NCBI GenBank assembly: GCA_017608025.1
Contig: JAFCGM010000005.1
Span: forward strand, 984-64,983
Length of the DNA stretch: 64,000 nt
Source: Candidatus Pacearchaeota archaeon
Lineage (GTDB): Archaea > Nanobdellota > Nanobdellia > UBA10117 > JABICX01
Direction of reading: 5' to 3'
Positions 1-9,611 of the stretch are shown here, piece by piece; the first letter of the stretch is position 1, and every line of letters begins with the position of its first letter. The translations under genes were made by a program, and so were the position numbers. Below the pieces are notes generated by a model, which worked only from the letters and a program-made list of their open reading frames with translations, had not been told where the DNA came from and did no database searches.

Positions 1-176
1 CTGGCTCATTAGGTGTTTTTGAAGTTATAATGGTCTTTATGACAACCTTGTTTTATGGAAACCCATCTTTAGGACTTGCTTTTGCATTTATGATAAGATT
101 TTCAGATTTGCCGCGCGTTGGATATGGATTAATATGCTTTATAATATATAAAATAAAATTAAGTCATAAAAAATAG
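1..176 (+). CDS. C-terminal fragment of a lysylphosphatidylglycerol synthase TM-domain (flippase-like) membrane protein, runs off the window start
   Basis: Frame from nt 3 reads GSLGVFEVIMVFM...LAFAFMIRFSD...KK*; the (P)GxLGVFE and hydrophobic-R pattern is typical of this family. Confidence 0.55.
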   Translation, partial: GSLGVFEVIMVFMTTLFYGNPSLGLAFAFMIRFSDLPRVGYGLICFIIYKIKLSHKK

Positions 177-1088
177 CTATTCTTCAGCTGCCAGATTCTC
201 TGGTTTAGAATCTTCTGCACTTTCTGATTTAGATGATTCTTCTTCTGCTTTGGAAGGATATTCATTTTCAGAATATTCAAAAGCAAAGCCTTCTTCCCAC
301 ATCTTGTCAAACATGCTCCGTATGCTTTTTGCAAAATAAGGTGTTGTAACCCAAAGACCAATGTCATATGTTGGATGAACATCCTTGTCATGCATGAGCA
401 TGAAAAGCATCTGCTTGTCGTCAACTATGCAGAACCTTCCGTTCAGGTTTGAAACATCCCGAATTTCTGCAATATCTTTTATGTTTTTAAGAACATCTTT
501 TGTTTTTTCAGTTATAGGTGCAACAATTTTTATATCAACACCTCTAGCTTTTGCTTTTTCAAGCAAAGGCTTTAGTGTTCGAACTTTCCGTATAATTCCA
601 TCTTCTGTTGTTGAAAGGTATATTGATGATTCTGCATTTCTTATTAAAGATGAAAGCTGGTCATACAAATTGTGCCTTCCTTTTAATGACCCTGAAAAAT
701 CTGTTGCTTGCATTGGCTCAATTCCTTGATTATAGAGCAAATCAAGCTCCTTTAAAACATCAGAAGCAGCAAGATTGTCAAGCCTTTCAACCTTTTCCCT
801 AGCACTTCTCTCAACTCGTCCCTGCACTCTTGAAATAACTTCTTTTGGGGAAATGGCCATATATCTTATTGGCTTTTCTGTTTTGACAATAACAAATCCT
901 TTTCTCTCTAAGCTTTCTAAAACATCATATGTTCTTGACCGCGGAACATCTGCAATATCAGACAATTCACCTGCTGTTGAAACTCCTCTTGAAAGAAGAG
1001 CAGTCCATAATTTTACTTCATATAAATTAAGATTAAATGACCGCCTTAGCTTGTTTAGAAACTCATCACTCACAATCATATTTTTCAC
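177..1088 (-). CDS. TrmB-family transcriptional regulator
   Basis: N-terminal wHTH (LNLYEVKLW...TAGELS...VPRSRTYDVLESLERKGFV) plus a PLD-like effector domain. Confidence 0.9.
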   Translation of the reverse strand: MKNMIVSDEFLNKLRRSFNLNLYEVKLWTALLSRGVSTAGELSDIADVPRSRTYDVLESLERKGFVIVKTEKPIRYMAISPKEVISRVQGRVERSAREKVERLDNLAASDVLKELDLLYNQGIEPMQATDFSGSLKGRHNLYDQLSSLIRNAESSIYLSTTEDGIIRKVRTLKPLLEKAKARGVDIKIVAPITEKTKDVLKNIKDIAEIRDVSNLNGRFCIVDDKQMLFMLMHDKDVHPTYDIGLWVTTPYFAKSIRSMFDKMWEEGFAFEYSENEYPSKAEEESSKSESAEDSKPENLAAEE

Positions 1089-1199
1089 TCCATAATAAAG
1101 TCTTATTCTTACTACTTAATATATGTTACGCAAAATTGTCTATAAAACTATTTCTATGTTTTGGTTGTATTATTAAGATATATACATTAAACTATTAAG

Positions 1200-1700
1200 T
1201 TAAATTAATTCCTCAAGCATACCCATTTGCCGCATTTCTTGAAACTGCTCAGGGCTTAAAAACAATATTTTTGGCTCAATTCCGATTTTTTCAGCTTCGC
1301 TTTTAATATGAAATTCAACTTTGCCTTTGTTTATGTTTTTTCCAACAACAAAGAACTTTGACTTGTCTTTTTTGCTGAAAAACAATCTTGCTGGAGAGAG
1401 CCTTTTCCTTAAATTAGAAAGAAGATCTTCTGGTTTTCCAACTAGCATTTCATAAAGACTTTGAAATGCATCAGAATCTCTTTTTATTTTGTAGAAAGTG
1501 AATTTGCCTTGAATTTGCTTTTCAACAAGCCCAATTTCAAGGCATTTTTGAATTATTCTATAAGTTGTAGCTAAGCTTACTTTGCTTTCTCTTGACAAAT
1601 CTCTTAAATAGAAAATATCTTTTTTGTTAAGAAGTTTTTGTATAACATTTATTGTTTTGTCATCAAAAAGAGTTGAAAGAAGCTTTGTTTTAACACCCAT
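1200..1700 (-). CDS. Winged-helix protein with a degenerate minimal-nucleotidyltransferase-like C-terminal domain
   Basis: wHTH (YLRDLSRESKVSLATTYRII...GLV). The C-terminus resembles MNT (LFFS...FFVVG...ILFLSPEQF) but lacks GS and DxD. Confidence 0.65.
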   Translation of the reverse strand: MGVKTKLLSTLFDDKTINVIQKLLNKKDIFYLRDLSRESKVSLATTYRIIQKCLEIGLVEKQIQGKFTFYKIKRDSDAFQSLYEMLVGKPEDLLSNLRKRLSPARLFFSKKDKSKFFVVGKNINKGKVEFHIKSEAEKIGIEPKILFLSPEQFQEMRQMGMLEELI

Positions 1701-1740
1701 GCATAAATATGTTTCAGAAATATTATAAATGTTTCTTTTA

Positions 1741-1788
1741 TGAAAACATGTTTCAATCTTTTTTAATTATTTATGAAACAGCGTTTCA
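1741..1788. promoter_or_regulatory. Palindromic operator-like sites upstream of the wHTH gene
   Basis: Perfect TGAAAC-AGC-GTTTCA at 1774-1788 and near-perfect TGAAAA-CAT-GTTTCA at 1741-1755. Confidence 0.5.
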
Positions 1789-1820
1789 AAAAAATAACAC
1801 TATTTCATAAAAACAAAAAT

Positions 1821-3512
1821 TTAGGTTCTATATCGCTGTTTTTTGTAAAGATTTTTTACAGTATCCAAAGTGTCAATTTCTTCAGGTTTTCTGTCTTCTC
1901 TTAGTTTGATAAGCCGCGGAAACCGTAAAGCATATCCAGACTTATATGACGGGCTTTTCTGAATTTCTTCATATCCAACTTCAACAATTACTTGTGGCTT
2001 AACTTTTACACTTTTACCTGATTTTTTTATAATTAGTGGTTTTAGCAGTTTAGTAAAATCTGCATAACTTATTCCTTCTTCAGACTTTTCCTTTACTCCC
2101 GTGCTCATTTTTCCAATAGTTAAAAATTCTTCTTTTTCTGGCTCAACACATGCAAGAGTGTATGAAGTAAGCCACCCAGCTCTTTTTCCCGTGCCCCATT
2201 CCGCTCCAATTATTACAACTTCCAGAGTTTCTGTTTCTGGCTTAACCTTAACTCCATATCCAACTCTGCTTCCAGGCTTGTATTTTGCTTCCAGATTCTT
2301 AACCATTACGCCTTCATTTCCTTTTTCAAGAGATTCCTTGTAGAATTTTTTAGCTTGTTTTTCATTGCTAGTGATAATCTGCTTTGCAATTTCAATTTTG
2401 TTTTTCTTGCTTTTGATTATTTTCTTAAGCTTTTTTCTTCTTTTTGAAAATTCAGTTTCAAGCAAGTCATTTCCTTCCAATGAAATTAAGTCAAAAGGAG
2501 CAATTATAACTGGAATTTTCTTAACCATTTCCTTTATTTTGTACTTTCTTTTTATTCGTTGGGAAATGTTCTGAAACGGCAGCCAATTGCCAGTTTTTTT
2601 GTCAAGGCCAATGACTTCTGAGTCAATAATGCATTTTTCAGCATTAACTGTTTTCTTCACTCTTTCAACAATGTCTGGAAACTGGTTTGTTACATCTTCC
2701 TGCCTTCTTGTAAATAATTGAACTTTGTCTTTGTTCTTGTGAATCTGAAGCCGAAATCCGTCATATTTGTATTCAATTGCAGCAGGCTTTCCAACCCGTT
2801 CAAAAGCCTCAGGAATTCCTGAAACTTTTTGGAAAAGCATTACACGAATTGGTTTTCCAAGCTGAAGCCTGACTTTTTCAAGACCTGAATTGCTCTTCTC
2901 CTTTGCAATAACAGCAACTTCAGAAAAATCACTAAGTAAGTCATAAGCATGCTGAACATTCTTTTTCTCAACATCAAATGCTTTTGAAATAGCATCTCTC
3001 AAAACACCAGCACCAACACCAACCCGAAGGTCGCTTAAGCAGGTTCTTAGAATGTATTTTGCTTCATTTGGTTTTGAATTTGATATTAGCTCTTTTAAAA
3101 TCCTCATTTTTCTATCAACAGCACCCTGTCCTTCTGTTGAAGCAAGCTTTTCAAGTTTTGAATAAACTTCTAAAAGTGAATTTGTTTTTGAAAATAATGT
3201 TTTCTGCTTGCGATTTTTAATTATTTTCTCAGCAATTTCTCCAACATCTCCTATTTTGCTCCATTCTTTCTCAATGTCTTTTATTGAAGTTCCAGTGCTT
3301 GAGCTTAATGCTTTCAGAGCAAGCTTAACACCAATTCCAAGCTCTCTTTTGTCCCAGTCTGGAAAAACCTTTCCTTGAATAAGCAAAATTATTTTCTTTA
3401 AGTCTTCTTTTTCCAAGCCAAAAATAAAATCTGCAAGAATTTCAGTTTTTTTCAAGCTGCTTCCAGTTTCTTCTAACTTTGAATAAATCTCAACAAGTTT
3501 TGAATATTGCAT
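1821..3512 (-). CDS. lig: ATP-dependent DNA ligase
   Basis: Motifs EYKYDGFR, EGVMVK and ALRFPR; 563 aa archaeal architecture. Confidence 0.97.
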   Translation of the reverse strand: MQYSKLVEIYSKLEETGSSLKKTEILADFIFGLEKEDLKKIILLIQGKVFPDWDKRELGIGVKLALKALSSSTGTSIKDIEKEWSKIGDVGEIAEKIIKNRKQKTLFSKTNSLLEVYSKLEKLASTEGQGAVDRKMRILKELISNSKPNEAKYILRTCLSDLRVGVGAGVLRDAISKAFDVEKKNVQHAYDLLSDFSEVAVIAKEKSNSGLEKVRLQLGKPIRVMLFQKVSGIPEAFERVGKPAAIEYKYDGFRLQIHKNKDKVQLFTRRQEDVTNQFPDIVERVKKTVNAEKCIIDSEVIGLDKKTGNWLPFQNISQRIKRKYKIKEMVKKIPVIIAPFDLISLEGNDLLETEFSKRRKKLKKIIKSKKNKIEIAKQIITSNEKQAKKFYKESLEKGNEGVMVKNLEAKYKPGSRVGYGVKVKPETETLEVVIIGAEWGTGKRAGWLTSYTLACVEPEKEEFLTIGKMSTGVKEKSEEGISYADFTKLLKPLIIKKSGKSVKVKPQVIVEVGYEEIQKSPSYKSGYALRFPRLIKLREDRKPEEIDTLDTVKNLYKKQRYRT

Positions 3513-3551
3513 GTTACTTATTAAGATAGAATAAAATAAAAGATTAACCCA

Positions 3552-4145
3552 CTATCTTCCTAAAACCCTGCGAACTTTTTTCTTGATTTTTTCATTCAAG
3601 GGAGCAATATTCTTGTCAATTTTGTTGCCCCACTTTTCAAAGAACATTATTGTGTTTTGCTGAGGCCTGTTTGTTGGTAATGGAGGAGATTCAGTATACC
3701 CTAAAGAAATTACTGCGTGAATTTCAATTTCATCTGTAATTTCCAAGATATCCTTAAGCTCATTTTCTGAAAATGCACCTATCCAGCAGGAGCCCACACC
3801 AAAACCTGTTGCACATAATAACATATTTTCAATTGCAGCAGAAGTGTTCTGTATTGCATACATCTTTCCTTTTTTTGAATAATGTTTTTTCACGCTTTCT
3901 GTGTCTGAGCAGACCACAACAAGAACAGAAGCCTCATCAATCCATTCCTGCTCAAGACAAGCATTTGCAATTTGCCTTTTCTTTTCAAAATCCCTTACAA
4001 CAATAAATCGAGAATTCTGAATATTTCCTGCACAAGGAGCCCATCTTCCAGCTTCCAGAATTGAATACAAAACCTCGTCTGAGATTTTCTTTGAAGAGTA
4101 TTTTCTAACAGACCTTCGGTTCTTGATTAGATTTAAAATATCCAT
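3552..4145 (-). CDS. Nitroreductase family protein
   Basis: RRSVRKY, APCAGNIQ, GVGSCWIG. Confidence 0.9.
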   Translation of the reverse strand: MDILNLIKNRRSVRKYSSKKISDEVLYSILEAGRWAPCAGNIQNSRFIVVRDFEKKRQIANACLEQEWIDEASVLVVVCSDTESVKKHYSKKGKMYAIQNTSAAIENMLLCATGFGVGSCWIGAFSENELKDILEITDEIEIHAVISLGYTESPPLPTNRPQQNTIMFFEKWGNKIDKNIAPLNEKIKKKVRRVLGR

Positions 4146-4204
4146 TAAATAATAAAGAAGTTCTTTGCTTTAAAAATTTGCTATAAATTTTTTCTAAAAA
4201 CAAA

Positions 4205-4318
4205 AAATAGTTTTTCTTTCGCGAACGTTTCTTTTTTCTAAAAAGAAAGGTTCTGGCAGATGCCTTGCGGCATCCACCAGAGGCGGTATCTAACACACTT
4301 CGGAGGTGTCTTTAGAAC
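4205..4318 (-). repeat. Hairpin-module repeat downstream of ftsZ (no tail copy detected)
   Basis: Minus strand GAACCTTTCTTTTTAGAAAAAAGAAACGTTCGCGAAAGA resembles modules after tRNA-Lys (25132) and tRNA-Pro; also a GC hairpin GATGCC-TTGC-GGCATC. Confidence 0.7.
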
Positions 4319-4319
4319 T

Positions 4320-5393
4320 TCAGTTAATCATCTGAATGCCCAGTTCTTTGTTCATCTCTATACTTTGTTTGGAAGGTTTTCCATATTCCTGCTTTCCAAG
4401 AACAAATGGAGATTGAACACCAGTTATAATTGTCATTACACGGAGCTTTCCTTTCATGTCTTCTTCTATTCTTGCTCCCCACATGACATTTGCATCTGCA
4501 TCCAGCTGATCTGTTACTAACTGACCTGCTCTCTCTGCCTCTTCAAGAGTCAAGTCATTTCCACCAGTTATATGGATTAACGCACCAGTGGCTCCTTTAT
4601 AATTTACATCAAGCAAAGGATTTTCAAGTGCTCTTTTTACAGACTCATCAACTTTTTTGTCAGAATCTGCTTCGCCAATTCCAATTACAGAAACACCACC
4701 ATCTGTCATGATGTTTCTTACATCAGCATAATCCATATTTATTAGGCTTGGAACCGCGATAATCTCAACAATTCCTTTAATCATTGTTGAAACAATTTCA
4801 TTTGCAACTGCAAATGCTTGCTGTATTGGCAAATTTCCTGCAATTCGTGATAATCGATTATTGTCAATTACTATTACAGTGTCTGCAACTTGCCTTAGCT
4901 GCTTTAAGCCCCACTCTGCCTTGTCAATTCTTGCTTTTTCAATTGAAAATGGCATTGTTACTACGCCAATGACAATTGCTCCCATGTCTTTTGCCAGCTG
5001 GGCAATTACTGGAGCTGCTCCAGTTCCAGTTCCTCCGCCAAGTCCTGCTGTTACAAAAACCATGTCAACATCCTTAAGGTGATCCTTAATTTCATGAATA
5101 GACTCTTTTGCAGCTTCCATTCCTTTTTCAGGAATTCCGCCTGTGCCTAGACCGCGAGTAAGCTCCCTTCCAATCAAAATCTTTTTGTCAGCTTCTCTTA
5201 TATCTAGGTGTTGACTATCCGTATTAGTTGCTAAAATTTCTGCACCTTGTACGCCTTTTCGATATAACCAGTCACACATATTGCATCCTGCGCCTCCAGC
5301 GCCGAAAACTTTTATAGTTGCCTGTCCGCATGTGTCATCCACTTTTTCTGTTTTTTCCGAATTTTTTAAAGCATTTTGCACAATAAAATCCAT
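4320..5393 (-). CDS. ftsZ: Cell division protein FtsZ (FtsZ2-like)
   Basis: GAGGAGCN, tubulin signature GGGTGTG, INMDYADVR. ATG at 5393 is preceded by SD GGAGGTG. Confidence 0.96.
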   Translation of the reverse strand: MDFIVQNALKNSEKTEKVDDTCGQATIKVFGAGGAGCNMCDWLYRKGVQGAEILATNTDSQHLDIREADKKILIGRELTRGLGTGGIPEKGMEAAKESIHEIKDHLKDVDMVFVTAGLGGGTGTGAAPVIAQLAKDMGAIVIGVVTMPFSIEKARIDKAEWGLKQLRQVADTVIVIDNNRLSRIAGNLPIQQAFAVANEIVSTMIKGIVEIIAVPSLINMDYADVRNIMTDGGVSVIGIGEADSDKKVDESVKRALENPLLDVNYKGATGALIHITGGNDLTLEEAERAGQLVTDQLDADANVMWGARIEEDMKGKLRVMTIITGVQSPFVLGKQEYGKPSKQSIEMNKELGIQMIN

Positions 5394-5691
5394 ACTGCAC
5401 CTCCGTTTTGAAACGGCGAAGTTTTTTATCACAAAACACAATAGTTAAGTGATGTTTTATATTTGAAACAATGTTTAAAAATAGTTTCTATTCTGAAGAA
5501 AACAAATAAATATTTCTTTTGGAAAAACAAACTCTAAGTAAATCGTTCCATAAGAAACATTAAGCACCTCTTTATATTTTTTATGGTCATTTTTGAAAAT
5601 CAAATAACACAAGATATAGTGGTTTGAAAAAAACCAGAAGTATATCTTAAACAATATATAAATTTAATAATATTTAATTAAAAAATATTAC

Positions 5692-6249
5692 ATGCTCTTT
5701 GAGATTGAAAAAAAGTATTTGATTGAAGAGAATAATAAGGATTTTGCAACTAAAGAGTTTTACAATATTTTTGATTCAATAGATTCTTTAAAGCAATATG
5801 TTAAGGAAAAGGGATGGTGGATTTTGCAAGCATATCTTCCACAAAGATTTCTAACACAAGAAAAAATTAACTTTTTGTTTGGAAAACAGGGAATTGAAGC
5901 AAAAATAAACTTCAATCCGCAAGAGGCAAGAATAAGATATTACAAGAGAAAGCACACTTTTACACTTAAAAGCAAAGGAACTCTTGAAAAAGAAGAATTG
6001 GAAAAAGAAATAACTTTAGAACTCTTTCAGAAATTGTATGACAATTATACAGAAGGCAGAAGAGTTGCAAGGACAAGAGCAGAATTTCCTTACAAAGACC
6101 AGATTATTAAGTTTAATGTTTATGACGATCACCCCCTTGTAATTGCAGAAATAGAGTTTGAGTCAAAATCCCTTGCAGACAAATTTCCTGCCCTAGGAAA
6201 AGACATCACAGAAGACAAGAGATATGAGAACAGAAATCTCGCAAAATAA
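5692..6249 (+). CDS. CYTH-domain protein (triphosphatase/adenylate cyclase fold)
   Basis: EIEKKY, ARIR, TLKS, AEIEF and DITEDKRYENRNLA motifs. Confidence 0.85.
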   Translation: MLFEIEKKYLIEENNKDFATKEFYNIFDSIDSLKQYVKEKGWWILQAYLPQRFLTQEKINFLFGKQGIEAKINFNPQEARIRYYKRKHTFTLKSKGTLEKEELEKEITLELFQKLYDNYTEGRRVARTRAEFPYKDQIIKFNVYDDHPLVIAEIEFESKSLADKFPALGKDITEDKRYENRNLAK

Positions 6250-6765
6250 TCAAAAAATCGAGCCGTATTTTTTCCCAGTTTCCTCTTCAAGAATTTCTTT
6301 TGCATAGGGCGGAAGACTATTTATTATATGTTTTATTTCCTTGTTACTTAAATCACTAATAGAAATTTTCTTTTTTTCTTTCCATTCTTTTTCAAGCTGT
6401 TTTTTCGGAGAAGGCATTCCATATATGCAATAAATTTTCCATGCAATTCTTTGAAGGTCCTGGTATTTTTCCATAACATGCACTGATTTGCTGTTATAGT
6501 TATGTTTTGTAAATTCCTTGTTGCAGTAATCTCTCCACACATTAAATAAGTTTATTCGAGCAGTGGCATCTTTTATATTATCATACTCTGTTCTTGAAAA
6601 AAGCTCCCCAATTAATGCAACAAGAGTTTCTTCAGGATTTTCCTCAAAATTTCTCAATGAACCTAGAAAGTCATAATTCATGCTTTTGGCTTTTGTGGTA
6701 ATTTCTTTTTTCTTTTCATTTGTTAATCTCTGCAAAAAGAACAGTTTTTCTTCAAGATTTTGCAT
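6250..6765 (-). CDS. Hypothetical protein
   Basis: 171-aa ORF with an upstream TATA-like sequence; no recognised motif. Confidence 0.6.
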   Translation of the reverse strand: MQNLEEKLFFLQRLTNEKKKEITTKAKSMNYDFLGSLRNFEENPEETLVALIGELFSRTEYDNIKDATARINLFNVWRDYCNKEFTKHNYNSKSVHVMEKYQDLQRIAWKIYCIYGMPSPKKQLEKEWKEKKKISISDLSNKEIKHIINSLPPYAKEILEEETGKKYGSIF

Positions 6766-6851
6766 TTTACAACTAAAAAGTAGTTGTTTTTATTTATAAG
6801 TTTTTTTAATATTAAACAAATTTTTTATATCCTGCTTCACTTATTATTACT

Positions 6852-8123
6852 ATGAAATTCAAAATAGGTTCTAATGTGAAAGTTAAGTCAAAAGGCACAG
6901 AATATTCTGGAGAGGTTTTGCCTTCAACAGATAATGAAACTCTTTTCCTCAAACTTGAAAACGGATACAATGTTGGACTCGCAATTAAATCAATTTCTTC
7001 ATCATCCTCATTAAAGTCTGCCAAAAAATCCTCAAAAAATCCAAAAAAACAAGAAAAGCAGAATCCAAAGCTGCCGAAAATATCAATCATAACTACTGGC
7101 GGCACAATTGCCTCAAAAGTGGAATACAAGACAGGAGCAGTTGCCCCTCTCGAATCACCACAGGAGCTTCTTTCCTCTGTTCCTCAGCTGAAGAAGAAAA
7201 TAAACATTGCAGATGTGATTTCCCCGATTTCAATTTTGTCTGAAAACGTCACATTCGAGGACTGGCAAAAGCTTGCAGAATTTGTTGCAAGGGAATTAAA
7301 TGAGGGCAAGGAAGGAGTTATAGTCTTGCACGGCACAGATACAATGCACTATACTTCAGCAGCCCTTTCCTTTATGCTTGAAAACCTGAACAAGCCCGTG
7401 GCTATTGTAGGCTCTCAGAGGTCAAGCGACAGAGGCAGTTTTGATGGTGCGGAAAATCTTCTTTGCGCAGCAGAATATGCAAAGTCAGATATTGCTGAAG
7501 TATCTGTGATAATGCATGCTTCATCTTCAGACAACAAGTGTCTTGCTATTCCAGGAACAAAAGCAAGGAAAATGCACACAACCCGGCGAGACGCTTTCCG
7601 CCCGATTAATTCATTCCCTTTTGCAGAAATAACTCCTGCAGGAAAAATCACAAAAATCTTCGATTATAATAAAAAGTCAAAAGGGAAAGTGAATGTCAAT
7701 ATTTCTTTTGAGCCCAAAATCGCTCTGATAAAAATCCATCCAGAGATATCTGCAGATATTCTTAATTTCTACATTGACAAGGGATTCAAAGGGATTATTT
7801 TTGAGGGAACAGGAATGGGCCACATGCCTTTGAATGATTCCTGGAAATCTGCCTTAAGAATTGCAAAGCGCAGAAACATTTTCATAGGAATGACTTCCCA
7901 ATGCCTGTATGGAACAACAAATCCAAATGTTTACCAGACCGGTCGCGAACTTGAGGAGCTCGGCATTGTATATCTTAAGGACATCCTGCCAGAAACCGCA
8001 TTTGTAAAGCTGGGCTGTATCTTAGGAAGAACAAATAATTTTGTTAAAGTTAAAGAGCTTATGCTTCAAAATCTTAAGGGAGAGTTTAATTCTCGATTAA
8101 CAAAGTCCCAATACCTTTACTGA
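6852..8123 (+). CDS. gatD: Glu-tRNA(Gln) amidotransferase subunit D
   Basis: KLENGYNVG N-domain; asparaginase motifs TGGTIAS, HGTDTM, GSQRSSDR; adjacent to gatE. Confidence 0.95.
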   Translation: MKFKIGSNVKVKSKGTEYSGEVLPSTDNETLFLKLENGYNVGLAIKSISSSSSLKSAKKSSKNPKKQEKQNPKLPKISIITTGGTIASKVEYKTGAVAPLESPQELLSSVPQLKKKINIADVISPISILSENVTFEDWQKLAEFVARELNEGKEGVIVLHGTDTMHYTSAALSFMLENLNKPVAIVGSQRSSDRGSFDGAENLLCAAEYAKSDIAEVSVIMHASSSDNKCLAIPGTKARKMHTTRRDAFRPINSFPFAEITPAGKITKIFDYNKKSKGKVNVNISFEPKIALIKIHPEISADILNFYIDKGFKGIIFEGTGMGHMPLNDSWKSALRIAKRRNIFIGMTSQCLYGTTNPNVYQTGRELEELGIVYLKDILPETAFVKLGCILGRTNNFVKVKELMLQNLKGEFNSRLTKSQYLY

Positions 8124-8124
8124 A

Positions 8125-9555
8125 ATGGATTACAAAAAACTAGGATTTAAGGCAGGGTTGGAAATACATCAGCAGCTGAACACAAAAAAACTATTCTGCA
8201 ATTGTCCTTCTCAGCTTAGAAAGGAAAAGCCAGATTTTAAGGTTATCAGAAACCTCCGCGCTCGTCCCGGAGAATCTGGAGAAATTGACAAGGCAGCAGC
8301 ACATGCTCAAGAAAAAGGCCTTTCTTATGTTTATGAAGGATATGATGACACAACTTGCCTTGTCGAGCTTGACGAGCAGCCTCCTTGCGTGGTTGACAAG
8401 CAGGCATTTGAAACAGCCCTCATTGTTGCATCAGCACTTCATTGCACATTTCCAGACTACATTCAAGTAATGAGAAAAACAGTTGTTGACGGCTCAAACA
8501 CTTCTGGCTTCCAGAGGACAATGCTCATCGGAACTTCAGGCTACATTGAAGTTGAAGGAGACAAAATTAGAATTGAGTCTGTCTGCCTTGAGGAAGATGC
8601 CGCCCGCAGGACGTCTGAAACAAAAAAAACAGTAAATTACCGCCTCGATAGATTGGGAATTCCTTTGATTGAGATTGCAACAGCCCCAGACATAAAGACA
8701 TCAGAACAGGCAAAGAAAGTTGCAAAGGAAATTGGAATGCTTCTTCGTGCAACAGGAAAAGCAATGCGCGGCATAGGAACAATTCGTCAGGACGTTAATG
8801 TTTCAATATCTGGACATCCCAGAATAGAATTAAAAGGTTTCCAAGACCTTAAAAATATGCCAAAAACAATTGACAATGAAATTCTCCGCCAGAAAAAAGA
8901 GCTGGGAAAAAACCCAAAGCCCCATGTCAGAAATGTGAAAGCAGACTGCTCTTCAAAATACCTAAGACCAATGCCTGGCTCTGCGAGAATGTATCCTGAA
9001 ACAGACCACCCTTTTATTGAGCTGAGCAAAACCCTGATTTTTCAGGCAAGAAAAAACATTCCTGAAAAGCCTGAGAAAAAGCTCAAAAAATACGAGAAAA
9101 TCACAACGCCAGGCCTTGCTTCAAAAATACTATTTTCTGAATATGAAAACCTTTTCAACAAATTAACAGCAAAATACACAAAAATAAAGCCCCTTTTCAT
9201 TGCAGAGACAATTTATTCCATAACAAAAGAAGCTGTAAAGAAAGCAGGACAGAAATATGGAAAATTTACAGAATCCCAAATCGAAGCAGCTCTCGACCTT
9301 CTCGACTCAGGAAAAATCACAAAAGAATCCATCCTAAATGTCTTTGTAGAAATTGCAAAAGGCAAGACTGCCCAAAAGGCAGCAGAGAAATTCAAGCTAA
9401 TCTCTTCCTCAAAACTCGAGTCAGAGATAAAAAAAGTCATAGCCAAGAACAAGAATGCACCAGAAGGAAAACTTATGGGAATTGTAATTGGCTCTTTGAA
9501 GTCCAAGGCACCTGTTCCAGAGATTATAAGAATTTTTAACAAACTCAAAAAATAA
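8125..9555 (+). CDS. gatE: Glu-tRNA(Gln) amidotransferase subunit E (short form)
   Basis: GLEIHQQL, DGSNTSGFQRT, RLDRLGIPLIEI, RGIGTIRQDVN, ARMYPETD. Confidence 0.95.
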   Translation: MDYKKLGFKAGLEIHQQLNTKKLFCNCPSQLRKEKPDFKVIRNLRARPGESGEIDKAAAHAQEKGLSYVYEGYDDTTCLVELDEQPPCVVDKQAFETALIVASALHCTFPDYIQVMRKTVVDGSNTSGFQRTMLIGTSGYIEVEGDKIRIESVCLEEDAARRTSETKKTVNYRLDRLGIPLIEIATAPDIKTSEQAKKVAKEIGMLLRATGKAMRGIGTIRQDVNVSISGHPRIELKGFQDLKNMPKTIDNEILRQKKELGKNPKPHVRNVKADCSSKYLRPMPGSARMYPETDHPFIELSKTLIFQARKNIPEKPEKKLKKYEKITTPGLASKILFSEYENLFNKLTAKYTKIKPLFIAETIYSITKEAVKKAGQKYGKFTESQIEAALDLLDSGKITKESILNVFVEIAKGKTAQKAAEKFKLISSSKLESEIKKVIAKNKNAPEGKLMGIVIGSLKSKAPVPEIIRIFNKLKK

Positions 9556-9611
9556 GCACAACATTTAAAAATCCCCAACAAATTCTTTCTCCATTATAAT
9601 TGGTGAAATAT

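Noticed and set aside
4146-4319. ftsZ tail duplication
   Set aside because: Family modules are present but only an 8-nt AAAGAACT match is seen, which is not significant.
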